A DNA stretch of 63,992 bases, filler included, from Folioceros fuciformis (Eukaryota): NCBI GenBank assembly GCA_049999805.1. It is 5 parts of 5 records of this genome, joined end to end, with 100 filler letters (N's around TTAATTAATTAA, not from the genome) between each part and the next. Parts side by side here need not be neighbours in the genome. Positions count along the whole stretch, not along the records: positions 37,450 to 49,880 come from JBNGIO010003251.1; positions 49,981 to 62,265 come from JBNGIO010003253.1; 3 more parts are not named here. One strand, given 5' to 3'. Below the pieces are notes generated by a model. The model saw only the letters and a program-made list of their open reading frames with translations. It was not told where the DNA came from and did no database searches. A program made the position numbers and the translations under genes. How positions within the stretch are numbered: the stretch's first letter is position 1; each line of letters begins with the position of its first letter. Below, piece by piece: positions 47,524 through 58,898 of the stretch.

Positions 47524-49754
47524 AGACAACCCAGCGGGCGTGGGCGCTGTTAGATGCGGCGGGTGTGTTGGCACCCACTTGATGGTTTTTTTAATTTATA
47601 GCGAGAGTGAAACTTGTTATCTGTTTCTGTATGACCACCACCTCCCAGTGGCCGCGACGCTTCAGGCGAGATTCTGGTCATTGTGAAACAGAGAAGAGGA
47701 ACGACAACAGAGCCGTTGCAGATACTACTACAAGTGTGCTGTATATTGTGGTTGCACACGTTCCAATGCGTGCCAGTGTCTCTCCCAGACGGAATGGCTA
47801 TCTTGCGGATCTGTCTCTACCTGTCGTATTCCTTTCGGCCTTTCAGGCTGTGAAGAAGAGACGCAAATGCACACAGTAGGAATAGCGGCTGGTAGCCTGG
47901 TACTGACAGCCCCCCACGTTGCATGGCTCATGACATGCCTGGCCCTCTGCAAGGGGCATTCCGTTTGTTTGTCTCGTGTCCCTCGGACCAGATTTCCGTG
48001 AACAGTCAGTTTTACAGGAGTTGTTTGTCCCGCGTGGGTCTGCCAAGCCTTTGCATATGCTGTGCGCTTGGCAACCCCGTTGGATGCTCTACCTCGTGGC
48101 TATCCCACGGCTCAGCGTCCTCAACGGACGGATATTGCTGTCAGAGCCAAAGTTATAGGCGAGTTTTAGTACAGGTGTACCCAGTACGAAAAGGTAAAGC
48201 TCTGCGATCTTGTTTTCTTTCGTTTCCTTTCCTTTCGTTTGGTTTGGTTTGGTTTTGGTTTCGTTTCCTTCCCTTTGGGCTACAGTGGTTGCTTGAGGGA
48301 GTAAAACCCGTGACAATGTGTTTGCCTCGTCATCACCCTCTTGTCTCTCTTGCCCACCACACTATGCTTTATATACGCCCTGTTACACCATCGCATAATT
48401 CTTAGTTAAATATTCACCCATACATTATTCTAATACTGTGATGAAGATTGCATAATATATTCCGAATATTCAGCTTTGTTTGTATGTGTATACTAGAATC
48501 TCAGTAAATTAAGCGCATGTGTTGTGATGATGTTCATCCAGCTGTGCAGCCGTGTGGTTAGCATTATTTTTTTAACCCATCAATTATTTAACTTATATTT
48601 TCAAACACATAATATTTACTATCATATATGGTAAAAGTAAAAAAATTCAGCCCATCGAGGTCGAGGTTTTACTTACATAAAGAGCCGGCTGCTGAGTACG
48701 TAGAAGACCGTGTCTCACGTGTTAGAGGTGAGCTAAGCAAGAGAAAGGTGCAAGTGATGTCGGGATTAGAACGGGGGTGGAAGGTTGAAATACAGAGAGT
48801 TTTGGTGGCTTCTTGTTTGTCTGGAATGTGGATGCCGCGGCCCCGTGGGCTCGCTAGCTGGCTGGCCTTGGCTCTTGAGGACAGACTTAAGAGGGTGTGA
48901 AGCGGGAGGGTATTTTTGTGGATTTTGGTGGGTTGTTCTTGTCTCCACGCCTCGTGAACATTTGTATCTCCGCTGTAATGAGACAACCGTGAGAATCTGA
49001 TCATGCAGCACCGGAAGGGAGCTGTGCAGAATATTAACAGGCTGGCGGCCCCCACCGGCGTGTCATGTGACCGCTTGTACCGCCAAGCGGCCGCAGCGCA
49101 TGCTCGTGCCCATTTGTTTCGCACCCAATCCCCGCCCTTTACGCTCTATAAATCTCACCCTCACCTCCGCCGCTCCCAGGTACACACATCCGCTCCCCTC
49201 TTCTCTTGCCCTTTCCTGTTGCTCCAGCGCTGGATCCACCTCGTTCAAAAATTGGTTGCCTTCTCACTCGTACTCGTCGTGGCAACCCGCCCCGGCTCCT
49301 CACGCTGCTTCTTCTGTGTTTTCGTTTGGGTGCTGCACGACCAGGAGAGGTATCCTCTGTATAACCAAGCTGGCAGCTGCTGGAGGAGCTCAAGGCAGTT
49401 TCTTTTTCCTCTCCCTCAAAGGCTTCCAAAACCATGATGCAGCTTAACTGAGTTTAGAAGCCTCTGTGGGAGAGGATGAAGCCCCTGCCTTTTTGGTGGC
49501 TGCACCTCTTCATCGTCACCCAGCTGCTTTTACACAAGACATGCCACTCGGAAGCGGTGTACTCTGCAATTGGATGTTTCAGGAAATTCCTGAAGCCAGC
49601 TGCGCAGTGGTGTCAGCACTAGGGGGTCTCCATACATGCTGCGCTTCTGGCTTTGCCAACACGAGGCGCAATGCATGCTTTCCGAGCTGGAAAGCTCCAT
49701 GTTTCGCTGCCAGCGGTTGATGTCAACAGCAGTATCTTCCTGCACGAGGACTCA

Positions 49755-49880
49755 CACCGTCTTGTAGAAGCTCTGCTGGCGTTCTCTGAACAAATTGAGT
49801 TCGAGCTCTTGAGGCCTCTCACCGTCTTGTAGAAGCTCTGCTGGCGTTCTCTGAACAAATTGAGCTCGAGCTCTTGAGGC
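49755..49880. repeat. Tandem repeat, 65-bp unit, two near-identical copies running into the gap
   Basis: CACCGTCTTGTAGAAGCTCTGCTGGCGTTCTCTGAACAAATTGAG... begins at 49755 and again at 49820. Confidence 0.85.
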
Positions 49881-49980
49881 NNNNNNNNNNNNNNNNNNNN
49901 NNNNNNNNNNNNNNNNNNNNNNNNTTAATTAATTAANNNNNNNNNNNNNNNNNNNNNNNNNNNNNNNNNNNNNNNNNNNN
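49881..49980. other. Assembly spacer
   Basis: Same N/TTAATTAATTAA/N linker. Confidence 0.98.
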
Positions 49981-50177
49981 CCAGAAGGCGAGGCCATTCC
50001 ATCATCACGCCCAGCCTCATGCGCAGCTGGTTTTATGCTCAGTGTCACGCCCCCTCTTGCGCTGCAGGACAGGGTGGTTGTGGCGTAATGGTGAAGATGG
50101 CGTTTAAAATAGCTTCCACAGCAGAGGTGAGTGAACTAATACTCTATACGCTCATACGCCTACTCCGCCTGCTCATC

Positions 50178-50573
50178 ATGCGGACACGCAGTGGCAAGGA
50201 GCTCCAGGCTCCTCCTACACAGGGACAGAGGAGGAACGGAGCTAGCAGGCAATCAACCAGTCCACTGCCAACAGGAATAAGCTCAGACGTTTCCTCTTCG
50301 TCTGAGGTCATGCCTCTAAGCAAGGAGGAAGCTGTCCAGGGCTGGGAGTGGGACTATAGGCACACGGTCGGCCAGTATGTACGCCTTGGAAACTATCATG
50401 TGGAGCTGAACACAACACTGATGTTTGACAAGGTTAGGGAGGAGGATACCCGCGTCTCCAACCCTCCGACTTGTGAACAAACTGAGGAAGGTAGACAGGG
50501 CCTAGTTAAGGAGCTGGAGAACACTATCGGGCTGCTAAACAAGCTCAAAGGGGTGGATCTCGACGAAGATTGA
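50178..50573 (+). CDS. Antisense ORF (131 aa) in the 3' region of Copia element 2; function unknown
   Basis: MRTRSGKELQAPP...GWEWDYRHTVGQYVRLGNYHVEL...LVKELENTIGLLNKLKGVDLDED; intact, lying beyond the RNase H stop on the opposite strand. Confidence 0.5.
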   Translation: MRTRSGKELQAPPTQGQRRNGASRQSTSPLPTGISSDVSSSSEVMPLSKEEAVQGWEWDYRHTVGQYVRLGNYHVELNTTLMFDKVREEDTRVSNPPTCEQTEEGRQGLVKELENTIGLLNKLKGVDLDED

Positions 50574-53500
50574 AGGCAGGGTCGATATGAGCTGGATAGG
50601 AAATTAGATAACCTTTATGCTTCATCCTCCTGCAGCTCTCTTTTCAAATTTAGGTTGCTACTTCAGGTTATGTACTTTGTTCCGATCCCGGCAGGTTATC
50701 TGGATGAGGAAAAATTCAGACACTCTTCCCCCCACCCAGATAAGTCTGCCGCTTGTTTATTGATCGAAGTAGGTAGTGAAGTCATGCAGCCCTAGGCCCT
50801 CCATGTGAGGATAGTGTTTGTATTTAGGAAGGCCCTTGGTCAAGATATCTGCCGTGTTATCGTCTGTGTTGAGGTAATCCACCTTGATCACACCACGTGC
50901 TACCACATCTCGTATATAGTGGTGCTGCACTTCGATGTGCTTAGTACGAGCATGGAAGGCAGGTTTTGCTACTAACTCCAGAGCACCTGTGTTGTTGCAG
51001 AGGATCAAGGTGGGGTGAGGCTGGACCTGTCCTAGGTCAGCCAAGAAGCTTCGTTCCCATTCTGCCTCCTTGGCAGCTTCCGTCATGGATTTGTATTCTA
51101 CCTCAGTGGAGCTCAAGGCTATGGTAGTCTGTTTTTTGCTACTCCATGTCACTGCAGCCAAAGCGGGAAGAAAGTAATACGTGGAAAGACTTCTCCTCGA
51201 GTTTGAGTTAGAGCCCCAGTCTACATCTGTAAAACCGGTAAGAGTTAGCTTGGCTTCACCACTACGTTTATACATCAGTCCATATTTCATTGTGCCCTTC
51301 AAATAACGAAATACTCGTTTAACAGCAGTCCGGTGGGTTCTTCCAGGATTCTCAAGAAATTGGGAGGCGGTACTGACGGCATACTGAATATCTGGCCGAG
51401 TCCAGTTCGCAATGAATAGGAGACTGCCAACGGCGTGTCTATAGGGCATGTCTTGCATATCCTTAATTTCTTCCTTGGTCTGAGGGCACTGAGAGCGAGT
51501 GAGCTTTGTGCCTGTTGCGTAGGGTGTGGTTGCTGGTCTAGCCTGGTCGGGGTGAAACTTCTTAAGGATCTCATTAACATACTTGTGCTGGTGTATGAAC
51601 ATAATGCCCTTGTCTCAAACCCATAGCAACTGTATGCCCAAGCAGAACTTAAGCTCCCCAATGTCTTTCATTTCAAACCTGCAGCTGAGTTGTTCTTTGA
51701 CAACTGACAGCAGTTGTTGGTCATTCGCGGCGAAGATCACATCATCTACGTACAAGGCCAGCAGCACTATAGAAGATCCTTGGGTAAGCTTATAGACGTT
51801 TGTGTCGGCATTGCTCTGAACAAACTTTATGCTCAGCAAATACAGGTGCATAGTAATATACCACACGCGCCCACTCTGCTTTAAATCATAGATGCATTTT
51901 AGAAGCTTTAACACTTTGTGTGGGTTTATAGGGTCCTCATGTGCTTCAGGCTGGAGCATGTACAGCTCCTCATCAAGGGCACCATACAAAAAAGCTGTGC
52001 AAACATCCATTTGCTGGAGGTCTAGGTCGTGCTCTGTGGCATAGGCAAGAAGGATTCAAATGGACTATGTAATCGAAAGTCTCTTGGTAATCGATTCCTT
52101 CAACCTGGGTAAATCCACGAGCAACACGTCATGCTTTGTAGCGTGCTACTTCTCCCTTAGCATTTAACTTGAGTTTGAACACCCACTTGCAGGATATAGC
52201 CTTACACCTTGGTGGAAGATCCACTAGCTGCCATGTTTTATTTTTCACCAATGACTGATATCCGTCCTCCACGGCGGCCTTCCATTCTTCAGATTGTGGA
52301 CCAGTGAAGGCCTGAGTCAAAGTAATTGGTTCATCAGGGAGGGAGGAATTAATAGCAAGGTGAGTGCGGAAGTCTATTGACTGATATCGGGATTCCTTCC
52401 ACTCTTCAGGGGGTGGCCGGAGGCGTGTGGAGCGGCACAGAATAAGGGCTGACTCTGCATTGTCTTCCTCAGGTTCTGAAGCAGCACGGTCAGCATCACC
52501 ATCATCTTCATGCTGAGCAGTTTCATCAGCCTCATGTTGTTGCTCCTGTTGACCTTCTTCCCCCTCTGCTTCAAAACCCGGGGGATCTGGAGGAGGATCA
52601 GCAGCTCCTAGGATAAGAGGAGCAGGAGGGACGGAAGGAGCCAAAGAATCAAGCTCATCGAGATCAATATCATCCAGAGGGTAGTCCACAACTGAATCTG
52701 GAGGAGGAGGGAGACTTTCTACAGGACTGATGGAAGCAGACTCAATAGTTGGTGAAGGAGCATGTGGTTCAAGAAAGGTGACACTTCTTGCAAGCACAAT
52801 GGACTCCGTGACTGGATTGAAAAGCTTGTAGGCCTTAGCTTGCTCGCTGTATCCCACAAAAATGAAAGCCTGTGCACGCTGATCTAGTTTCTTCCTCTTC
52901 TCAGATGGAATATGAGCATAGGCTTTGGAACCGAAAACCTTGAGATGCAACAGACTAGACTTCTTTTGCCAGTACACCTCATAGGGGGTCTAGTGAGGGA
53001 CTGAACTAGTTAGGACCCTATTGAGGATGTACGTGGCTGCCACCACTGCTTCGGCCCAATAACCCTGAGGTAAGCCTGCCCAAAGCAGCATGCTTCGTGT
53101 CATCCCAAGCAATGTCTGGTTTTTGCATTCTGAGACGCCATTCTGCTGTGGGGTATAGGGAACTATGAGTTGCCTCAAGATCCCAGCCTCTTGAAGAAAG
53201 TCTTCGAAAGATGAGTTAACAAACTCTGTCTCATTGTCTGTTCTCAATATTTTCAGTAACCTGCCTGTTTGCCTCTGAGCTGTGGTGAGCCAAGCCTTGA
53301 AATAGTTGAAAGTATCACTTTTGGAGTGCATGTCCATGTGTAACGACTATAATCATCCGTGAGGGTGAAAAAGTAACGAGAGCCCCCAAGGGAGGGTTCA
53401 TGAATCTTTCCTGAAATATCAGCATGTACTAACCCAAGTACCTCTGTAGCTCTATGTGCAGGTGCATTTGGGAAGGGAGACTCCTTCTGTTTCACCAGTA

Positions 53501-55578
53501 TGCATGGCTTGCAAACAGGCAAGTGCTTGAAACATTTAGGAAGAGGTTCTTTGTGGCATTCTATTGTAGACATGTCAATGAGCTTAGCTCTATTTACGTG
53601 CCCTAACCTAGCGTGCCACAATATAGCCTCCTGCTGAGGACTGATAGTGGGAACACCAGTGGACCGGGCAGAATACTGATAAGTGGATGATGCCCGAGTG
53701 CATACTATGTTTAACCTGTACAAGTCATGCTTGAGAACCCCCTTAAACACACATGTGTCAGGAGAGGACTTTCTGTAAAAGCAGCAGTGTTCATGATCTG
53801 CTCTCATGTAGAAGGTACGTAGACGCATGAGTTGACTCATAGACATGAGGTTCTTAGCCATGCTAGGAACGAAGAGGACATCTTCGAGCCTTAGGTCAGT
53901 GCCATCACTTAATTTGAAAGTGCACGTGCCTTTACCCTCTATGTGCAAACTAGATTTGCTTTGCTCATCTCCCAGGAAAACTTCGTCAATAACTAGGCCT
54001 TTGTGCAAAGAGGAAAACAACTTCATGTCCTTACAAATATGGGTGGTCGCTCCAGAGTCAAGGTACCAGCACCCATCATCATTCAGAGAACTCGAAAGGC
54101 AAAAAGTAAGAATCTTTACTGGTGCTTTTGATTCTCTTGATTTTTCCTTAACTGCAACACTTGCAGCCGGCTTTGGTTGTTTTTGGGGCTCACTTGCCCT
54201 TTTTTTCCGGCACTCTCGTGCCCAGTGACTAGGCGTCCCACACCAATTGCAGTTGCCTGGTCGCCTCGTAGAGCTTGAGGATTCCCCCTTTTGTCCAGGT
54301 AAATTGCCTCCTTTAAGTTTCCCTTTGCCTTTGCCTGAGCGGAAATTAGCTGCTAACACCTTTTCCCCCTTGCCCTTAAAGGATCTAGAGGCGAAGGCAT
54401 GGCTCTGCTCTTCCTGGAACAGTGCATCAATCACCTCTTCCAAGGTGACGGTCACTGCACTTCTAGCAGCTCGAAGTGGTCCGTTCTAGCTTGTGACAAA
54501 GGTCTGATAGGAAGCAGGGAGTGAAGTGAGCAACTGTGCTACAGCATCTACCTCCGACATCTTGTCTCCAGTCATGGCCATGAGCTGGGCCTGAAGGTGC
54601 CAGAACTTGCTGGTATGAGTTGCCACTTTATCCCCTTCCTTCATCGTTAAAGCGTAGAATTCCTGCCTCACAAAACAGAGGGTCATAAGGTTCTGCACTT
54701 TGTAGGTCTTTTCCAACTGATCCCATATTTCATTCGCCTTGTCGAGGTACTCAACGTCAGGGACGAGATGTGCATCAAGTCCGTTAATGAGGAGAGCAAC
54801 AGCAATCGCATTGTGTTGGTTCCACTTGGCAATATCATCTGGATCAGGAGGTGGGACAACGTTTTGGTTTGGTTGAGCATAAGTCCCATCCACTGTGCTC
54901 CAAACACCACGGGCAAGTAAGGTTGCTTTCATTCTCACTCGCCAGACAGGATAGCCATTCCCCTTAAACCTATCCTTTTTCTTTAACTAAGACGTAAATG
55001 ACGGAGTGGTTATAGCCATGGTTACTTTGAATGCAGGTGGTATCGGGACAACGGGTGGTATGGGAACCACTGGTGGTTGTGGGCTAAGCTGTGCAAAGGA
55101 ATTATTTAGCGAGTGCAACAACGAATCGATGGACATGAATACTGAGCACGTTGTAGGGGGGCTATGGCTCCGGTAACAAAGCTAAGTACTCATGTATCAA
55201 TGTATAGCTCATAATTAGGGACTAATCATGATATGTAGGAGAGATGTTGAGAATGTCAGCTTGGGTTGGTTTAGATAATATGCCCAACCCCTGCTGAACC
55301 CCTCAGCCTTTTCTTCCTGTTCTAACATGAAACATTGCACATCATGCAAGAGACCCTAAAAAAAACAACAACTGTTCCTTTTTTGATGGCGCTTCAGTTA
55401 AATGGTTAGGTCAACCTGACCAACATGTCATTGTCTTGTAAACAGACACTCTAAAGCAAGCCAATGAGCAACACAAGGACATATCTGAACCAAACAACGC
55501 CAAGACTATAGTGCCTATTCAGGTGCATAAGGGATGCTGATGCGCCTGAATCGCCTTGCTCCCTAGCAGTGGAAGATT

Positions 55579-56149
55579 TCACAGGACCTGTGAGCTGGAT
55601 GCAGAATCGTTAGATAAGGTGTTTTGTTCCAGAGCTTGTAGGATGATGTCTATATCCTTTAACAGATCAATGACTTTGCCTATGTCTTTCTGGAGTTGGT
55701 CTTTGAAAGAAAGAATAACACTTTATGCCACTGAATCCAGGCTGTGAATCCCGTTCTTGAGGAAGACCTGATTTTGTAAAATCGTGGACAACACCTTCTC
55801 AACACGGGTAAGAGAGTCTTGTGTTTTATTAGCAAAAATCTGAATGCCCGTATGAGGATTGATTACAGGTGTGTCTTTCGTTGTTGCAGAATGTTGAGAA
55901 TAATCTGGTCTCACAACTTCAGAGTTCGAATCTCTTGCAAGTGGTCTTGACCTAGTAAAAGGTGTCCTTTGAGAGTGTTCTGCAACAAACTTCTGCAGCC
56001 AGAGGGGCGAGGTATTGTTGCTCGTAGAGATCCAGCACCGTATCGAAAAGAAATGGTGCTTTGGGTCGTGGCTGAAATCCCCGATTGTAATTTTGTGCAG
56101 GGGATAATTCACCTTGACGCAAGTCTCTACAACCCCTGCGCCTCGGCAT
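55579..56149 (-). pseudogene. Extra 5' ORF of Copia element 2 with coiled-coil C-terminus (one in-frame stop, probable frameshift near the start)
   Basis: ORF 56112-55723 continues in frame through TAA to SVILSFKDQLQKDIGKVIDLLKDIDIILQALEQN...*55579. An out-of-frame MPRRRG start lies just upstream. Confidence 0.5.
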
Positions 56150-56403
56150 TATGTAAAGCTTTCCCCAAGGTGTAGAGCATCTGATGGTGTAGAGCATATG
56201 ATGCTCTGATACCATATAAAGAAACAAGGAGCAAAGATAGCCTAGCAGGAATAGTCAGAATGAATATCAATAATGTCAAAATTGTCTTCAAATACATATA
56301 TCACGACTGTTCATTGTCAACCCTAATCCACATATGTCTACCCATAACTTGTCGATAAATAACCTATACATAGGCTAAGGTTTAACCCCCCCACCCGTTA
56401 ACA

Positions 56404-57705
56404 AGTCTCGATCCTTGATTTCCACATTGTAATTATACACCATTGTTCCCGTTGTTCAGTTGGCTAGATGCCTTAGGTAATTTGCTATTGTTGTTGTAGA
56501 GTGGTACCAACTGCAGAGAAGATAGTTGTGACTTTTGTCATTGGACAGGAGAAGAGGTGTATGGCATTCTCCACCAACTGACGCGACGTTTCTAAATTCT
56601 TGGGTCACAAACCCATGGGAGGATGATCCAAGTAATGAAGAACCTGAATTTCCTCTCGTGGCCTGTCAAGGCGGGTCACAATTTGAAGAACAAGTTCTAT
56701 GATTCTCTCGAGGTTTCGAGCAATCCAAGATAGTGAAAATGCAATCTTGTTTGGTTTTCCAATTCATTAAGAATGGCTTCCAATTCGTAGAGGGAATTAG
56801 TGGAGTTTATGGGACTTGCGGTGAAGATTGTGGTTGTACGCTGCCATTATTGTGAAATTATTTGGATTGTGGGTAATCCTTTTGGCTGGCCCTGGTAGAC
56901 GGCCACCCGCAATTAAGGCGTTGATAGAGCGATAGTGCCTCCTACAGGCCATTGTGAGCAGAAGATACAGCAAAGATTCTACACGAAGTAAGTCTGATGA
57001 CCTTCTTGGCCATCATAGTGTCCCGGCGATGCACATGGTTTTGGCATCTCTCCTACCACAATGCAAGATGTGCCTCGCAATGTCGCTATCATTCATTCTT
57101 GTGCTAAGCTCCCAATGCTTTGATACCATCACGAGTTTATGCAAAGTAATAGATAGATTAAACAAGCAAGTACAATTAAGAGTCGCATGATCGTGCAAGA
57201 CAAACCATCGTGAGTGTTGAGGTGCAAAACCCTAATTGAAGGATCGCTAGGGGAGTCACATGATGAAGGAGAAGAGGAGGAAGCAAAGGAGGAGAGGAGA
57301 AAGAGAGGTCTCACACTCTATCTCAATTGCAAGGGAGCTCAAGAGAGTATTTATACCCTCTAGAAGAGCTCCCAAGGAAGCTTCACAAGAAGCGCATAGG
57401 AAGCTGCGCAAGAAGCTTTCTAAATATTAGCTTAAGCTAATCTAAACTAATGATACTTAACTAAACACTAATATTAGACTAAACACATTAGTCTAAGCAC
57501 ATTGGGCTTTCATAACCCTACAACCTCCCACTTAAAGGCCAATTTACCTTCATAGAAGAGTGGTCTACCTCATGCCCATGAGTGTCCGAGCTTGTGCGAA
57601 TTGCTCCGTAGAGAGCCCCTTGGTAAAAATATATGCAGGGTTCTGACTGGTGTGAACTTTGACAAGCAATACCCTCTTGTCTTCCAACACCTCTCGAATG
57701 AAGTG
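56404..57705 (-). mobile_element. Copia junction: RNase H tail, PPT, LTR (~57129-57522), PBS-like site and leader
   Basis: HFIREVLEDKRVLLVKVHTSQNPAYIFTKGL...MGMR*. PPT-like AAGTGGGAGGT before TGTAGGG; TATAAATA inside; TGGTATCAAAGC at 57128-57117. Confidence 0.7.
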
Positions 57706-58524
57706 AACCAACAGTGTTTAAGGTGTTTAGGGTATATAGTAATCATGAATTAGAGTTGAACATCTCAAACCCATAGTCCACTTCCAACTCTGAGTCATCT
57801 TCCTCATATAGGATCACCTCCTCCTTATTTTGAGAATTGGAGATGATAAATTGCTCAACTATATCTCAATAGACCTCCAGGATTGAATTTGAATATGTTT
57901 TTGTGTGGTCTTATCTTGAGTATGCCTATCTTCCAATCATGGATGTCTTTTACTAGTTCCAACTATGGCTACCTAAAGATGATGCCATAAGCATCCTTAT
58001 GCAGCTCCACCACGACAAAGCGTATGAAGAATTTTACTCCTTCGACCATAATCTTCATCCTTTCAGAGGTAACGGAATGCAAGAGGCATTCTTGAACACT
58101 TTCTTATAGGGCCTGAACTTAGCATCCTGTAAACCAAGAGAGGTAAGCCGGTTATCGTTGAGAATGTACGTTGACTCTCCATATTCAAGAATCACATTAA
58201 TATGTACTTCTCGGTCATTTACTCAAGCCTTGGTAGAGGGAGGATCATGCTTTTGTAGTAAGCCTGCTCTTGTACTTTGATCTCCAATCTTCAGGGTAGC
58301 TGGTGTTAGCTCATATACTGACTTTTCGTTCAAGTTGCTTGCTCTGTTGATGTAACTAGCTAGGGTCTTATAATCATCTTGATACAAGTTCAGAAGTTGT
58401 TTATGAGAATCTGGATGAAGTTAATGTGGCAGGTAGGCATGGAACTGGCATCGGCTTGCCAAATAAATGCAATTCATGTCGTCTTGTCATTTGGACGGAA
58501 CCACTAAAAATTGGATGCTTGTAA

Positions 58525-58898
58525 ACAGGGAATGAGACCACGGCTTCTACTGTGGAATGGGCCCTTGCGGAGTTGGAAATCGGCCCCAGATGTACCGCAT
58601 AATACAAGACGAGATGGACCAAGTCCTAGGAAAGGGAGTCCCTATTCGAGCACTAGACATCGAGAGGCTCCCATATCTGAGAGCCTTTGTGAAGGAGAAC
58701 TTCCGAGTGCACATGCATCTGCCTCTTGGATTGTCGCATGTGAATCAGGAACGACAGGAGGCTACGACATTCCCAAGGACTCGATTGTGTGTGTCAACAG
58801 CTACGCCATTGCTTGGAATCCCGCGATCTGGCCAGAGCGGGAAAAGTTCGATCCAAATAGGTTTCTCCGAGAAGATGTGGACGTCACGGGGCAAGACT
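58525..58898 (+). pseudogene. Cytochrome P450 fragment (I-helix to PERF region), frameshifted and truncated by an LTR
   Basis: GNETTASTVEWALAEL, IQDEMDQVLG, LPYLRAFVKENFRVH (ExxR), GYDIPKDS, FDPNRFL, DVTGQD; heme-binding motif absent. Confidence 0.85.

Larger units (their letters stand above)
49981..56403 (-). mobile_element. Copia element 2 (degenerate gag-pol 55019-50757, PBS 56203-56214, putative 5' LTR ~56215-56403) with extra 5' ORF and antisense 3' ORF
   Basis: Gag KDRFKGNGYPVWRVRM, CNWCGTPSHWAREC, WYLDSGAT, RTDN, YVDD, ADILTKGL. PBS reverse complement GCTCTGATACCA; LTR begins TGTTAAC. Confidence 0.92.

Noticed and set aside
48400-49750. Multiple short ORFs downstream of eIF2B-epsilon
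   Set aside because: No homology cues or consistent exon structure.
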